From: Candidatus Kapaibacterium sp.
Lineage (GTDB): Bacteria > Bacteroidota > Ignavibacteria > Kapaibacteriales > UBA2268
Length of the DNA stretch: 64,000 bases
Direction of reading: 5' to 3'
NCBI GenBank assembly: GCA_963665665.1
Contig: OY762428.1
Span: forward strand, 3,744,001-3,808,000
This document shows, in pieces, positions 42,805 to 53,035 of the stretch. Position numbers and translations under genes: made by a program. The number at the start of each line of letters is the position of its first letter. Positions within the stretch are counted from its first letter, which is position 1. Under the pieces are notes generated by a model. That model saw nothing but the letters and a program-made list of their open reading frames with translations, ran no database searches and was not told the DNA's origin.

Positions 42805-45800
42805 AAAAAGCTATCCTTACCCTATTACTACTGCTGCCGCTTGCAGCGCAGGCGCAAAGCCTTTCGGTATTTGATATTGACACAACTGACTACCCGATAA
42901 TGCGGGCAAAGTTCTATGTATTTGATGAGAATAGAGATCAAATCATTAACCTTTCTCCCTCCGATTTTGAAATAACTGAAAATGGAGAGCAAAGGGATGT
43001 GATTAGTGTTTCCTGCCCGGAACCGAAAGAACCTGTTGCAATTTCAAGCGTACTGACGATAGACGTTTCGGGTTCTATGACGACGGGCACCAAACTTAAT
43101 ACGGCAAAGGAAGCAGGAAAAGCTTGGATAAATGGGCTGCCCCTCGGAAAATCAGAATGCGCTATTACTGCTTTTGATACAAGAAATAATATGATTCAGG
43201 ATTTTACAACTAACAGATCAAGGCTGCTTGAAAAGTTAAATATCCTTTCTGCTGGTGGCGGTACTGATTTTGATGCCGGTTTTATCAATCCAATGTCAGG
43301 AGCTTTGCTTGCCGCTGAAAAAGGAAAATATAAAAAAGTTGTTGTATTTGTAACTGATGGATTTGCAGATGGTAACGAAGTAGCAATTATCCAAAAGTCA
43401 AATGAAATCGGCGCTACAGTGTTTTGTGTTACAATTGGCTTTACTTGTCCGCTGATATTAAGGAATATTGCCGAACAAACAGGCGGAAAGTGGTTTGAAA
43501 ATATAGCAACTGTAGATCAGGCAAGGCAAACATATTTGAAAATTTTACAAATGGCACAGGGAGGTGGTCCCTGCGAAATTGAATGGGAAAGCGGGATACA
43601 TTGTAATTATAATAAAGTAATCTTTGAAGCTAAAATTCCAAAATTTATGTTAGTGTATTCCGGAAATTATCTTTCTACGATTAGTTCCATTGCAAAACTA
43701 CAATTTTCTCCTGTCGGAATTTTATTATTAAATAAACCTGTAGGTGTGCGTGCTGATACTGTGGTAACAATTACTGCGTTCAATTCTGATTTCATTGTAA
43801 GCAATATAACAAGTAATAACCCTGAATTTGAAATAAATCCCAAATCATTTTCAATTAAAGCCGGGGAAAGTAAAGAATTGATTGTAAGTTTTACACCTGT
43901 TGATGAAAGTAATAAATTTGCAAAATTTGATATGAAAAATGATCTTTGCAATATTAATTACTATTCTGCTGGCAGGCATATTGGACAGACTGAACAGCAA
44001 AAAACATTAAAACTAACACATCCCAACGGCGGAGAAGAATTCCTTGTTGGCAGAGATACAATTATAACATGGGAAGGTATTTTGCCTACCGGTACAGTAT
44101 CTTTGGATTATAGTATTAATAATGGCAAAAACTGGAATAATATCACAGACAGCGCAAGTGATTATAAGTATGTTTGGAAAAATATACCAAGTCCTGAATC
44201 TGACGAATGTCTAATAAAAATTGATCAGGATGCATATAGAGAATCTGATTCTCATCTTATTTGGAGTACTGCACCCGGTGGTCATATCAATGATATTGCT
44301 TATAACCCGGATGGCAGTAAAATCGCTTATAATATTTGGGATATTGTTTACATAGTTGATAGTAAAACAGGAAATTTATTAAGGATTCTATCTGGACATA
44401 GTGATGATGTAAAGTGTTTATCCTTCAGTCCGGACGGGAACAAAATTGCTACAGCAAGCTATGACAATACCTGCAAATTGTGGGATTTACAAAGCGGAAA
44501 AGAAATATCTACTTTAATTGGACATTCACGTGGTGTTGAATGTATAATATTCAGTCCAGACGGCAGTAAAATCGCTTCAGGGAGCTGGGACAATACAATA
44601 AAGATATGGGACTCAAACAACGGTGCAGAATTGTGTAATCTATCAGGACATAAAAGTACAATAGAAAGCTTATCATTTAGCCCCGATGGCAAACTACTGG
44701 CATCCGGAAGCAGGGACAGTACCTGCAAGATTTGGGATATTGCAAGTGGTTCAGAGATACGGACTCTAACTAAGAGCGTTGATATATTTAGTGTAGATTT
44801 CAACCCTGACGGTAGTATACTCGCTTCAGCTGGTCGGGATGGAATCAAGCTCTGGGACGTTAAAAGCGGAGTTAAGATTAGTCATGATACATCACTAATA
44901 GGGCATAAAGATGTTATACTAGACCTAATGTTTAGTCCTAACGGAAGAATGCTCGCTTCGGGTAGCAAGGACAAAACAATTAAGCTATGGGATGTAGATA
45001 GTGGAGATTTGATCCGCACTCTAATAGGACATGAATGGGGAGTATATTGCTTATCATTCAGTCCAGACGGCAGCAATATTGCTTCCGGAGGATTAGACAA
45101 AACAATAAGAATATGGGATGTTAGTAGCGGTACTGTGATTGATACATTATCAGGTCATGAAAATAATGTTAACAGTGTAAAATTCAGTCCAGATGGCAAC
45201 AAGATCGCTTCTTGCAGTGATGACAGAACAATCAAAATTTGGGATTCAAAAAGTGGTATTGAGCTTACAACATTCATTGGTTATTCTATGGCAAACGACT
45301 TATCATACAGCCCGGATGGCAGCAAGCTAGCTTCTGCCTGGGATAACAGAATACTAACGCTCTGGGATATTGAAACTGGAACGGAAATAGACACATTGAC
45401 CGGGCATAGTGGCAATGTAATAAGCGTATCGTTCAGCCCTGACGGTAGTATGATTGCTTCGGGAAGTGCTGATAAAACTATCAAGCTCTGGGACGCTTCC
45501 AACGGTACGGAAATACGCACACTGACCGGGCATAGTAGCAATGTAATGAGCGTATCGTTCAGCCCTGACGGCAGCATGATAGCCTCCTGTAGTACTGATA
45601 GTACTATCAAGCTCTGGGACGCTTCCAACGGTACGGAAATACGCACACTGACCGGGCATAGTAGTTATGTCATGAGTATATCGTTCAGCCCTGACGGTAG
45701 TATGATTGCCTCAGGTGGGGCAGACAGTACAGTTAGAGTTTGGGATGTTAATAGCGGGATGGAAATACATACACTTAAAGGTCAATCATTTATTATTTAT

Positions 45801-47372
45801 TGTGTAACTTACAGTCCCGACGGAAGCAAGATTGCTTCAGCAGGGAACAAAATGATCAAAATATGGGATGCTAATCGTGGCATTGAAATTAGTACATTGA
45901 AAGCTAATTCCATTTGTTGGACCGCTCGAAACTTATCTTTTAGTCCAGACGGCAAAATACTCGCTTCCGGAAGTGTTGATAATACTGTAAAAACCTGGAT
46001 AATTGAAGAAAATATCCTCCAATCCGATACATCTGACGCAGTTTTCTCCATCGTCGCCCCACACGCAGAAGCGCGAAGCATAGATATGGGCAGGGAGATT
46101 GTGGGCGAAGTGAAAGATTCCCTTTTTGCGGATTTTGTTGTTAATACCGGGTCGTATAAGGTAAGGATTGATTCCATATATTTCTCCGGGGCTGATGCAA
46201 ATGCTTTCGCGCAGGTTTCGGCTTTCCCTGTATATGAAATTGATGTGGATAAGGCGCAATCCACAGAGTTCAGGTTTATACCAAACCGTGTAGGTCTTCA
46301 TACTGCAAAATTGAATATAATAACACAGGCTGAAAACCTGGAATATGATATATCAGGCATTGGCGAGGAAAGAAGATTGCAGCTTGCCTGCGATATTCTC
46401 GACTTTGGTGAAGTGGAAATGGGCAATGATACTATCATTGCCGATACCGTTCTTATCAGGAATCTGACAAACCAGCAAATAGATATTACGGGCGTCAGCC
46501 AGCTCGGGCCGGATATGGAGCAGTTCAATATCATCAGCGGCGGCGGCACTTTCACACTTGCCCCGAGCGGTGAGCACAAAATGTCATTGCAGTTCATGCC
46601 TAAATACGGAGGCAGGACTTCCGGACAGCTTGGGTTTGAATACGAGGGCGCTGGAAGCCCTGCAATAGTTCAGCTATTCGGTACAGGCAAGGGCGGCCTT
46701 GTCTATGCTGCGGACGATTCAGCCTACGCCGGAGACCAGTTCAATATTAAACTCATGCTAGGAAATGTAAAACCCGAGGGCATTGCCAAACTTGCCACAG
46801 ATTACAAAGCAACTATCCGTTTCCAAAGAACACTGCTTGCCCCCTCGGGAAGCATCGACTGGCAAAGTACAGTTGATTCCATTTACATAACCATAAAAGG
46901 AAAAATCGGCAATACTGTTGAATTATCAGAAATACCGGTTATTGCCTGCCTTGGCAACACGGAGGAAACTGCAATCGATGTGGTGGAAATGAACCTTCTC
47001 GACGAGTCCGGCAATCCGATAGAATACGAATTTGAAAAACAGAGCGGAACATTCACCCTGCTCGGCATCTGCCGCGAGGGCGGCGCCAGGCTGATAAATC
47101 CTAATATCGAAGCAGGGATTATTAATATTTCACCAAATCCTGCTGAAAAAAGCCTGAATATCGAAATATCACTGATAGAAGAAGGCCAGACGGAACTTTC
47201 AATATTCAATTCATTCGGGGAATCTGTTCAGAACATATTTTCCGCAAACAACGAAACCACGGGTGCAAACAAATTTAAAGCCGACATCAGCAATCTTGCC
47301 AACGGAGTTTACTACGTTATTCTGAAAACACCCAATCAGCATTTTATCGAAAAGGTGTTGGTGATAAGGTAG
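42801..47372 (+). CDS. T9SS-secreted protein: vWA + Ig-like (choice-of-anchor D-like) + 14 WD40 repeats + Ig-like + T9SS CTD
   Basis: Signal peptide; MIDAS DVSGS, GGGT and VTDG; 14 GH...FSPDG...WD repeats; ISPNPA...GVYYV...KVLVIR tail. Confidence 0.88.
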   Translation: MKKAILTLLLLLPLAAQAQSLSVFDIDTTDYPIMRAKFYVFDENRDQIINLSPSDFEITENGEQRDVISVSCPEPKEPVAISSVLTIDVSGSMTTGTKLNTAKEAGKAWINGLPLGKSECAITAFDTRNNMIQDFTTNRSRLLEKLNILSAGGGTDFDAGFINPMSGALLAAEKGKYKKVVVFVTDGFADGNEVAIIQKSNEIGATVFCVTIGFTCPLILRNIAEQTGGKWFENIATVDQARQTYLKILQMAQGGGPCEIEWESGIHCNYNKVIFEAKIPKFMLVYSGNYLSTISSIAKLQFSPVGILLLNKPVGVRADTVVTITAFNSDFIVSNITSNNPEFEINPKSFSIKAGESKELIVSFTPVDESNKFAKFDMKNDLCNINYYSAGRHIGQTEQQKTLKLTHPNGGEEFLVGRDTIITWEGILPTGTVSLDYSINNGKNWNNITDSASDYKYVWKNIPSPESDECLIKIDQDAYRESDSHLIWSTAPGGHINDIAYNPDGSKIAYNIWDIVYIVDSKTGNLLRILSGHSDDVKCLSFSPDGNKIATASYDNTCKLWDLQSGKEISTLIGHSRGVECIIFSPDGSKIASGSWDNTIKIWDSNNGAELCNLSGHKSTIESLSFSPDGKLLASGSRDSTCKIWDIASGSEIRTLTKSVDIFSVDFNPDGSILASAGRDGIKLWDVKSGVKISHDTSLIGHKDVILDLMFSPNGRMLASGSKDKTIKLWDVDSGDLIRTLIGHEWGVYCLSFSPDGSNIASGGLDKTIRIWDVSSGTVIDTLSGHENNVNSVKFSPDGNKIASCSDDRTIKIWDSKSGIELTTFIGYSMANDLSYSPDGSKLASAWDNRILTLWDIETGTEIDTLTGHSGNVISVSFSPDGSMIASGSADKTIKLWDASNGTEIRTLTGHSSNVMSVSFSPDGSMIASCSTDSTIKLWDASNGTEIRTLTGHSSYVMSISFSPDGSMIASGGADSTVRVWDVNSGMEIHTLKGQSFIIYCVTYSPDGSKIASAGNKMIKIWDANRGIEISTLKANSICWTARNLSFSPDGKILASGSVDNTVKTWIIEENILQSDTSDAVFSIVAPHAEARSIDMGREIVGEVKDSLFADFVVNTGSYKVRIDSIYFSGADANAFAQVSAFPVYEIDVDKAQSTEFRFIPNRVGLHTAKLNIITQAENLEYDISGIGEERRLQLACDILDFGEVEMGNDTIIADTVLIRNLTNQQIDITGVSQLGPDMEQFNIISGGGTFTLAPSGEHKMSLQFMPKYGGRTSGQLGFEYEGAGSPAIVQLFGTGKGGLVYAADDSAYAGDQFNIKLMLGNVKPEGIAKLATDYKATIRFQRTLLAPSGSIDWQSTVDSIYITIKGKIGNTVELSEIPVIACLGNTEETAIDVVEMNLLDESGNPIEYEFEKQSGTFTLLGICREGGARLINPNIEAGIINISPNPAEKSLNIEISLIEEGQTELSIFNSFGESVQNIFSANNETTGANKFKADISNLANGVYYVILKTPNQHFIEKVLVIR
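45397..45712 (+). repeat. Intragenic 126-bp tandem repeat (three near-identical WD40 units)
   Basis: TGACCGGGCATAGT at 45397, 45523 and 45649; 62-bp exact identity between 45477-45538 and 45603-45664. Confidence 0.92.
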
Positions 47373-47536
47373 ATAAAATTAGTTAAAAATGATATTTCCA
47401 GTAAAAAGTATAAAATATCTGATAAAAGTCTCACCCCTGCTTGCCCCGCGATCTCTCTTTATCAAAAAAATATTTTACTTATAAAATAGCCAAGTGCTTT
47501 AGCTCGTGGAAGGCATGAACAAAAACACTAACAGAA

Positions 47537-47738
47537 ATATGCTAAAGAGCATGGCTTGAAACATCAGGTAATTATTGCCAGCAAAAATCAACATGTCAAT
47601 GATAAAATATATCATATTAAACATTTTAATAGTATTCATTCTCGTTTAAAATCCAATATTTTAAAATTTAATGGAGTAGCATCGAATTTCGGTTATGTGC
47701 AAGCTGAAAGAATTAATGCACACTATATTTCATCATAG
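47537..47738 (+). pseudogene. IS1595-family DDE transposase C-terminal remnant
   Basis: YAKEHGLKHQVII...KIYHIKHFNSIHSRLKSNILKFNGVASNF resembles the IS1595 YHIQ(H/N)VN-x-YHSRLK...FHGVATKY motif; no N-terminus. Confidence 0.7.
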
Positions 47739-47890
47739 CTAAGAAAATCATGAAATAAAAATTGACTCTTTGTTATATTCAGGTTTATTTGTATCTTGTA
47801 AGAAATCGATATATTTATGTTTATATTCCTATGTTTATATCCCTAATAGATTTAAATATTGTTAAGTCAACCAGAATTTTTGTTTAGGTT

Positions 47891-50530
47891 ATGAAGAAAA
47901 ACATTGATAAAACAGCAAATAAAATTAAAAGTTCTATTGAAGAAGAAGCCATTAATCCAGTCGCAATCAATTGCCCGGATTTTCCAATCGTGGGAATCGG
48001 TGCCTCTGCCGGAGGGCTGGAGGCTTTAGAACAATTCCTGGGTAATGTCCCTGATAACTGTGGGATGGCTTTCGTTGTGATTCAGCATCTGGATCCGCAT
48101 CACGTTGGAGTAATGCCCGAATTATTGCAGCGAACCACCAGTATGAAAGTGCTGCAGGTTAGCGATAAAATGCAAGTGCAGCCAAATCACTTGTATGTAA
48201 TTCCCCCGAACAAAAGCATGTCCATATTAAAAAACTTTCTGCATTTGTTTGAACCGGTTGAAACAAGGGGACTCAGGCTTCCGATAGATTTGTTTTTCCG
48301 TTCATTGGCAGAGGACTTGCAGGAAAGGAGTATTGGCATTATTCTTTCCGGTATGGGCTCAGACGGCAGTCTGGGGTTGCAGGCGATCAAAGAAAAGAAC
48401 GGCATCGTGCTTGTTCAGGATCCCCTCACAGCCAAATTCGACGGTATGCCCGGTAGCGCAATCAAATCCGTGGTCGTGGATATTTCTGCAGCAGCAAATG
48501 AACTGCCTGCAAAACTGATAGATTTTATCAAATACAAACCTGCCGGAATGAGGAAAATCGGAATTGATAATGATAAAAAGAACTATCTCGAAAAAATAAT
48601 GATTCTGTTGCGTTCCCAAACCGGACACGATTTTTCGTTGTATAAGAAAAATACTTTGTACAGACGCTTAGAAAGGCGTATAAACATACATCAAATTGAC
48701 AAAATTGAGCATTACGTCAGGTTTTTGCAGAATAACCCAACCGAAATAGATATACTTTTTAAAGAGTTGTTAATCGGGGTAACTAATTTTTTCCGCGAAG
48801 CTGAAGTTTGGGAAAAACTGAAAGATAGCATCTTCCCTGAATTGTTCAGGGATTTACCTGACGGATATATCCTTCGGGCATGGGTTGCAGGTTGCTCTAC
48901 CGGAGAAGAAGCATATTCATTGGCAATTATTTTCCAGGAAGCTTACCAAAAAATAAAACATGAAAAAAATATAACACTCCAAATATTCGCGACTGATATT
49001 GACAGCGACGCAATAGCAATCGCCAGAAATGGATTTTTCAGCTCGAATATTGCTACTGATGTTTCGGAGGAAAGGCTCAGGAATTATTTTTCAACCGACG
49101 AAAATGGCTTTCGGATTAATTCGGCCATTCGCGAAATGGTGATTTTTGCGACACACAATGTAATCAAAGACCCACCATTCACAAAATTAGACATGCTCTC
49201 TTGCCGTAATTTATTGATTTACATGGAAGCCGAATTGCAGAAGAGGCTGATGAACCTATTTCATTACAGTTTAAATCAAGGCGGTTTCATGCTACTTGGC
49301 AATGCCGAAAATGATAATTCTCAAACCAATCATTTCATACCAATTGATGAAAAGCAAAAGCTGTATAAACGCTCTGAAACCCCGGTGAATTCTCAATTGC
49401 TTGAATTCCCAAGTTCATTTCACCATACCCCGGTACAAACATCCCTCGAAATCAAAACAGTGAAAAATTCAGAAAATATCCAGACTATCGCGGATCAAAT
49501 CATTCTTCAGCGATTCGCGCCGGCAAGTGTATTAATAAACCGGGATGGAGATATTTTATATATCACCGGCCGTACGGGTAAATATTTGGAACCCGCTGCC
49601 GGAAAAGCCAACTGGAATATCTACGCCATGGCAAGGGAGGGATTGAACACCGAACTTCCCGGAGCCATCAGGAAAGCCAGACAAAGTTTCGAACCCGTAA
49701 TATTGCATAATATCAAAGTTGGAACTAATGGCGGAACTCAAATCGTTAATATTACCTTTCAAATGATTGAAAAACCTGATGCTATTAAAGGTACAATAAT
49801 GATTGTGTTTGAAGATGTCGCCGATATTCCCGGGCCGGTCAGAAAAAAAATGAAAAATGTCAACGCCGAATCCACTATTCGAGAGCATGAATTAGAACTT
49901 GAAGTACAGAGGTCAAAAGAAGAACTTCAAAAAACTCGCGAGGAAATGCAGACAACGCAGGAAGAATTGAAATCGACCAACGAGGAAATGCAGTCCACAA
50001 ATGAAGAATTGCAGTCAACCAACGAAGAACTCACTACGTCCAAGGAAGAAATGCAAAGCCTGAATGAAGAGCTTCAAACCGTTAACATTGAATTGCAAAG
50101 CAAGATAAATGACTACATGGTAGCCAATAACGATATGAAGAATCTCCTGAACAGTACAGATATCGCCACCTTGTTCCTCGACAAGGAGCTAAACATCCGG
50201 CGTTATACCGACCAGTTGACAAAACTTTTCAAGTTGCGCCCGACTGATGTGGGAAGGCCTTTTACAGACATGGTAACGGATTTGCGTTATCCCGAAATAA
50301 CCGATCATGCCATGGAGGTATTGCGAACCCTCGTATTCATAGAAACCGACATTTCAACGCACGACCAACGTTGGTTCAAGGTTCGAATAATGCCCTACCG
50401 CACTTTCGACGACCGAATAGACGGGCTGGTGATAACATTCATTGATATCAGCCAGGCTAAAAAAGTCGAGAACGAGCTTAATGAAACTATTGCTTTACTT
50501 CAAAAGCATGATTTATACAAAAAAACATGA
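47891..50530 (+). CDS. CheB methylesterase-CheR methyltransferase-PAS fusion (CheBR)
   Basis: CheB triad in GASAGG, IQHL and GMGSDG; CheR motifs AGCSTGEEAYS and SCRNLLIY; STNEE coiled-coil repeats; C-terminal PAS. Confidence 0.93.
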   Translation: MKKNIDKTANKIKSSIEEEAINPVAINCPDFPIVGIGASAGGLEALEQFLGNVPDNCGMAFVVIQHLDPHHVGVMPELLQRTTSMKVLQVSDKMQVQPNHLYVIPPNKSMSILKNFLHLFEPVETRGLRLPIDLFFRSLAEDLQERSIGIILSGMGSDGSLGLQAIKEKNGIVLVQDPLTAKFDGMPGSAIKSVVVDISAAANELPAKLIDFIKYKPAGMRKIGIDNDKKNYLEKIMILLRSQTGHDFSLYKKNTLYRRLERRINIHQIDKIEHYVRFLQNNPTEIDILFKELLIGVTNFFREAEVWEKLKDSIFPELFRDLPDGYILRAWVAGCSTGEEAYSLAIIFQEAYQKIKHEKNITLQIFATDIDSDAIAIARNGFFSSNIATDVSEERLRNYFSTDENGFRINSAIREMVIFATHNVIKDPPFTKLDMLSCRNLLIYMEAELQKRLMNLFHYSLNQGGFMLLGNAENDNSQTNHFIPIDEKQKLYKRSETPVNSQLLEFPSSFHHTPVQTSLEIKTVKNSENIQTIADQIILQRFAPASVLINRDGDILYITGRTGKYLEPAAGKANWNIYAMAREGLNTELPGAIRKARQSFEPVILHNIKVGTNGGTQIVNITFQMIEKPDAIKGTIMIVFEDVADIPGPVRKKMKNVNAESTIREHELELEVQRSKEELQKTREEMQTTQEELKSTNEEMQSTNEELQSTNEELTTSKEEMQSLNEELQTVNIELQSKINDYMVANNDMKNLLNSTDIATLFLDKELNIRRYTDQLTKLFKLRPTDVGRPFTDMVTDLRYPEITDHAMEVLRTLVFIETDISTHDQRWFKVRIMPYRTFDDRIDGLVITFIDISQAKKVENELNETIALLQKHDLYKKT

Positions 50531-50572
50531 AAAAGCAATAAACATGAAAAAGCAATAAACATGAAAAAACAA
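50523..50572 (+). repeat. 17-bp direct repeat, about three copies, at the cheBR/kinase junction
   Basis: AAACATGAAAAAGCAAT at 50523 and 50540; AAACATGAAAAAACAA at 50557. Confidence 0.9.
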
Positions 50573-53035
50573 AAAAGCAATTTAACCGATGAGGCAATTC
50601 TACGCCAGAAGGCGGAAGAGCTTCTAAGGGCGAAGGCTTCTAAGGGCTTCGCTAAACCCAAAACTACTGAAAGCGACCTGTTGAGACTGGTTCACGAATT
50701 GCAGGTACACCAGATTGAACTGGAAATGCAGAATGAAGAGCTATTAATCGCAAAAGAAAGGGCGGAACTTGCCGAAGAAAAATATTCTGATTTATACGAC
50801 TTCGCACCTTCCGGCTATCTTGCTCTTACTAAAGAAGGTGATATTTCAGTATTAAATTTAGCTGCTGCCCGTTTACTTGGAAGTACTCGCTCGTATCTGA
50901 TAAATAAAAAATTCGCACTATTCGTTTCCCCGGATACCCGTTTATCCTTTAACAGGTTTTCCCAGGAGATTTTTAAAAGTCGTATTAAGCATTCATGTCA
51001 GATTGTTATTATAGATAAGGATAATTTACCGTTATATATAAACATTGATGGGATAATCAGTGAAAATAATCAATTATGTATCTTGACTTTAACTGACGTT
51101 TCCATCCACGTACGAGATCAGGAAGCCCTGCGCAAAAAAGAAGCCTTGCAAATGAAGATGGTCTCAAATATCGGCGATGTTATAGTAATAATCGATAAAT
51201 GGGGAATCAATAGATATAAAAGCCCGAATGTTGAAGCTTTGTTCGGTTGGAAACCTGAAGAACTCGTTGGTAAAAATACCTGGGATAACGTGCATCCTGA
51301 TGATTTGAAGAAGGGGCATGATTTTATTGAGTCGCTTGCAGACAAACCCAACTCGAAGGGAACTATAGAATTACGATACAGGCGCGGGGACGGGAGTTAT
51401 GTATGGATTGAAATTACTGTTGTTAATTTGTTTCATGACCCAGATGTTGGCGGACTTTTAGGAAATTATCATGATATCAGCGAACGAATACGAATAGAGA
51501 ATAGTCTTCGGGAAAAAGATCTTCAATTCAGGAAACTGTCTTCGAATGCCCCTGTTGTAATTTATCAAATTACCAGGCGTGATGACAGAAGTTATTGTGT
51601 TCCCATTTCTTCCGATAGAATTACTAACATTTTTGGATGCCTTCCGGAAGACCTGGTTGACACTTTTGATCCTATCAGCAGGGTCATTCATCCCGAGGAT
51701 CTGGAGAAATTTTTATACGATATTGAATATTCGGCAGAGTATCTGACTCCTTTCAGCTGTGAATTCAGGGTTCGGGTTCCCGGAAGAAATAATCAATGTA
51801 TTTTAACTAACTCAATTCCTGAAAAATTACCCGATGGTAGTGTAACCTGGTACGGATTTTTTGCCGATATCACAGATAAAAAAAGAATAGAAGGAGAATT
51901 GCAGAAGCTGGCAAAACTCGAATCTCTTGGAATCCTTGCCGGGGGTATAGCCCATAATTTCAAAAATATACTCACGACAATATCTCTTAGCGCCGAATTG
52001 GCAAGGATAAAACCAAACCGAACAGAATACCACCTTGACAAAATAACTAAATCTATCAGCCAGGCATCTGCCCTGGCAACAAGATTCCAGACATTTTCGA
52101 AATGCGACTCTCCTGTACTGAGTGCTACCCAGATAAATGAAACTATAAAGGAGGCTTGCGAAATATCTTTAGCCGGTTCCAGGGCAAATATTTATTTGAA
52201 CCTTGACAGTAATTTGCCGGATATTATGGCCGATGAGAAACAAATGAACGAGGTTTTTACAAATCTGTTAATCAATGCTGACCAGGCAATGCCGAATGGA
52301 GGCAATATTAATATCAGTACTCGTTACGTGCTATTGCAAAAAGGGCAAATAGTAAATTTACCGGATGGAAAATATATTTGTATTGAAATCAAAGATGAAG
52401 GGGGAGGAATACCTAAATCGATAATAAATGAAATATTTACACCATTTTTCACTACAAAGTCAGACGGGCAGGGCTTAGGCCTGGCTTCTGTTTTTTTTAT
52501 TATTGAAAAGCATAACGGAGCAATTAACGTAGAAACAGAAATTGATAAAGGTACGAACTTCATTATTTATTTACCGATCGGTATTTGCAAGAAAATGAAT
52601 ATTGAATTTGAAGAATTAGCAGTTACATTTGATAAAAGATTAAAAATACTTCTTTTGGATGATGATGTCAACATAACATCTAACTTCGAGGAAATGGCCA
52701 GGGAATTGAATTTCAATATGCTTTGCATGAATGACCCGCGTCTGGCTATTGAACAATATGAGTTTAGTATGGAAAGTGAGCCCTTAGATTTGGTTATTCT
52801 TGATTTGACTTTAAAAGGCTATTCGATGGGGGGATTGGATGTATTAAACGAGCTTAAAAAGCTTAATCCCCGAATAAAAGCCCTTGTTTTCAGCGGGCAT
52901 TCCTCGAGGCCAATTGTAGCGGATTACGAGAAGTACGGTTTTGTCGGGAGAATTGAAAAACCAATCAACTGGAAACAATTTAATAATGAACTCGATAGAA
53001 TCCAAAGGCTTATAAATGCTGAAAAAAACCAGTAA
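50561..53035 (+). CDS. Multi-PAS hybrid histidine kinase with C-terminal receiver domain
   Basis: HELQVHQIELEMQNEEL coil; three PAS domains; GGIAHNFKN H-box; FTPFFTTK and GQGLGL; receiver motifs LLDDD, ILD and IEKP. Confidence 0.92.
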   Translation: MKKQKSNLTDEAILRQKAEELLRAKASKGFAKPKTTESDLLRLVHELQVHQIELEMQNEELLIAKERAELAEEKYSDLYDFAPSGYLALTKEGDISVLNLAAARLLGSTRSYLINKKFALFVSPDTRLSFNRFSQEIFKSRIKHSCQIVIIDKDNLPLYINIDGIISENNQLCILTLTDVSIHVRDQEALRKKEALQMKMVSNIGDVIVIIDKWGINRYKSPNVEALFGWKPEELVGKNTWDNVHPDDLKKGHDFIESLADKPNSKGTIELRYRRGDGSYVWIEITVVNLFHDPDVGGLLGNYHDISERIRIENSLREKDLQFRKLSSNAPVVIYQITRRDDRSYCVPISSDRITNIFGCLPEDLVDTFDPISRVIHPEDLEKFLYDIEYSAEYLTPFSCEFRVRVPGRNNQCILTNSIPEKLPDGSVTWYGFFADITDKKRIEGELQKLAKLESLGILAGGIAHNFKNILTTISLSAELARIKPNRTEYHLDKITKSISQASALATRFQTFSKCDSPVLSATQINETIKEACEISLAGSRANIYLNLDSNLPDIMADEKQMNEVFTNLLINADQAMPNGGNINISTRYVLLQKGQIVNLPDGKYICIEIKDEGGGIPKSIINEIFTPFFTTKSDGQGLGLASVFFIIEKHNGAINVETEIDKGTNFIIYLPIGICKKMNIEFEELAVTFDKRLKILLLDDDVNITSNFEEMARELNFNMLCMNDPRLAIEQYEFSMESEPLDLVILDLTLKGYSMGGLDVLNELKKLNPRIKALVFSGHSSRPIVADYEKYGFVGRIEKPINWKQFNNELDRIQRLINAEKNQ

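Noticed and set aside
44270-46010. Diversity-generating retroelement acting on the WD40 gene
   Set aside because: There is no reverse transcriptase or separate template repeat, and differences between repeats are not adenine-specific.
49900-50100. ACCAACGAAGAA-like DNA repeats in cheBR
   Set aside because: Explained by the STNEE heptad coiled coil common to CheBR proteins.
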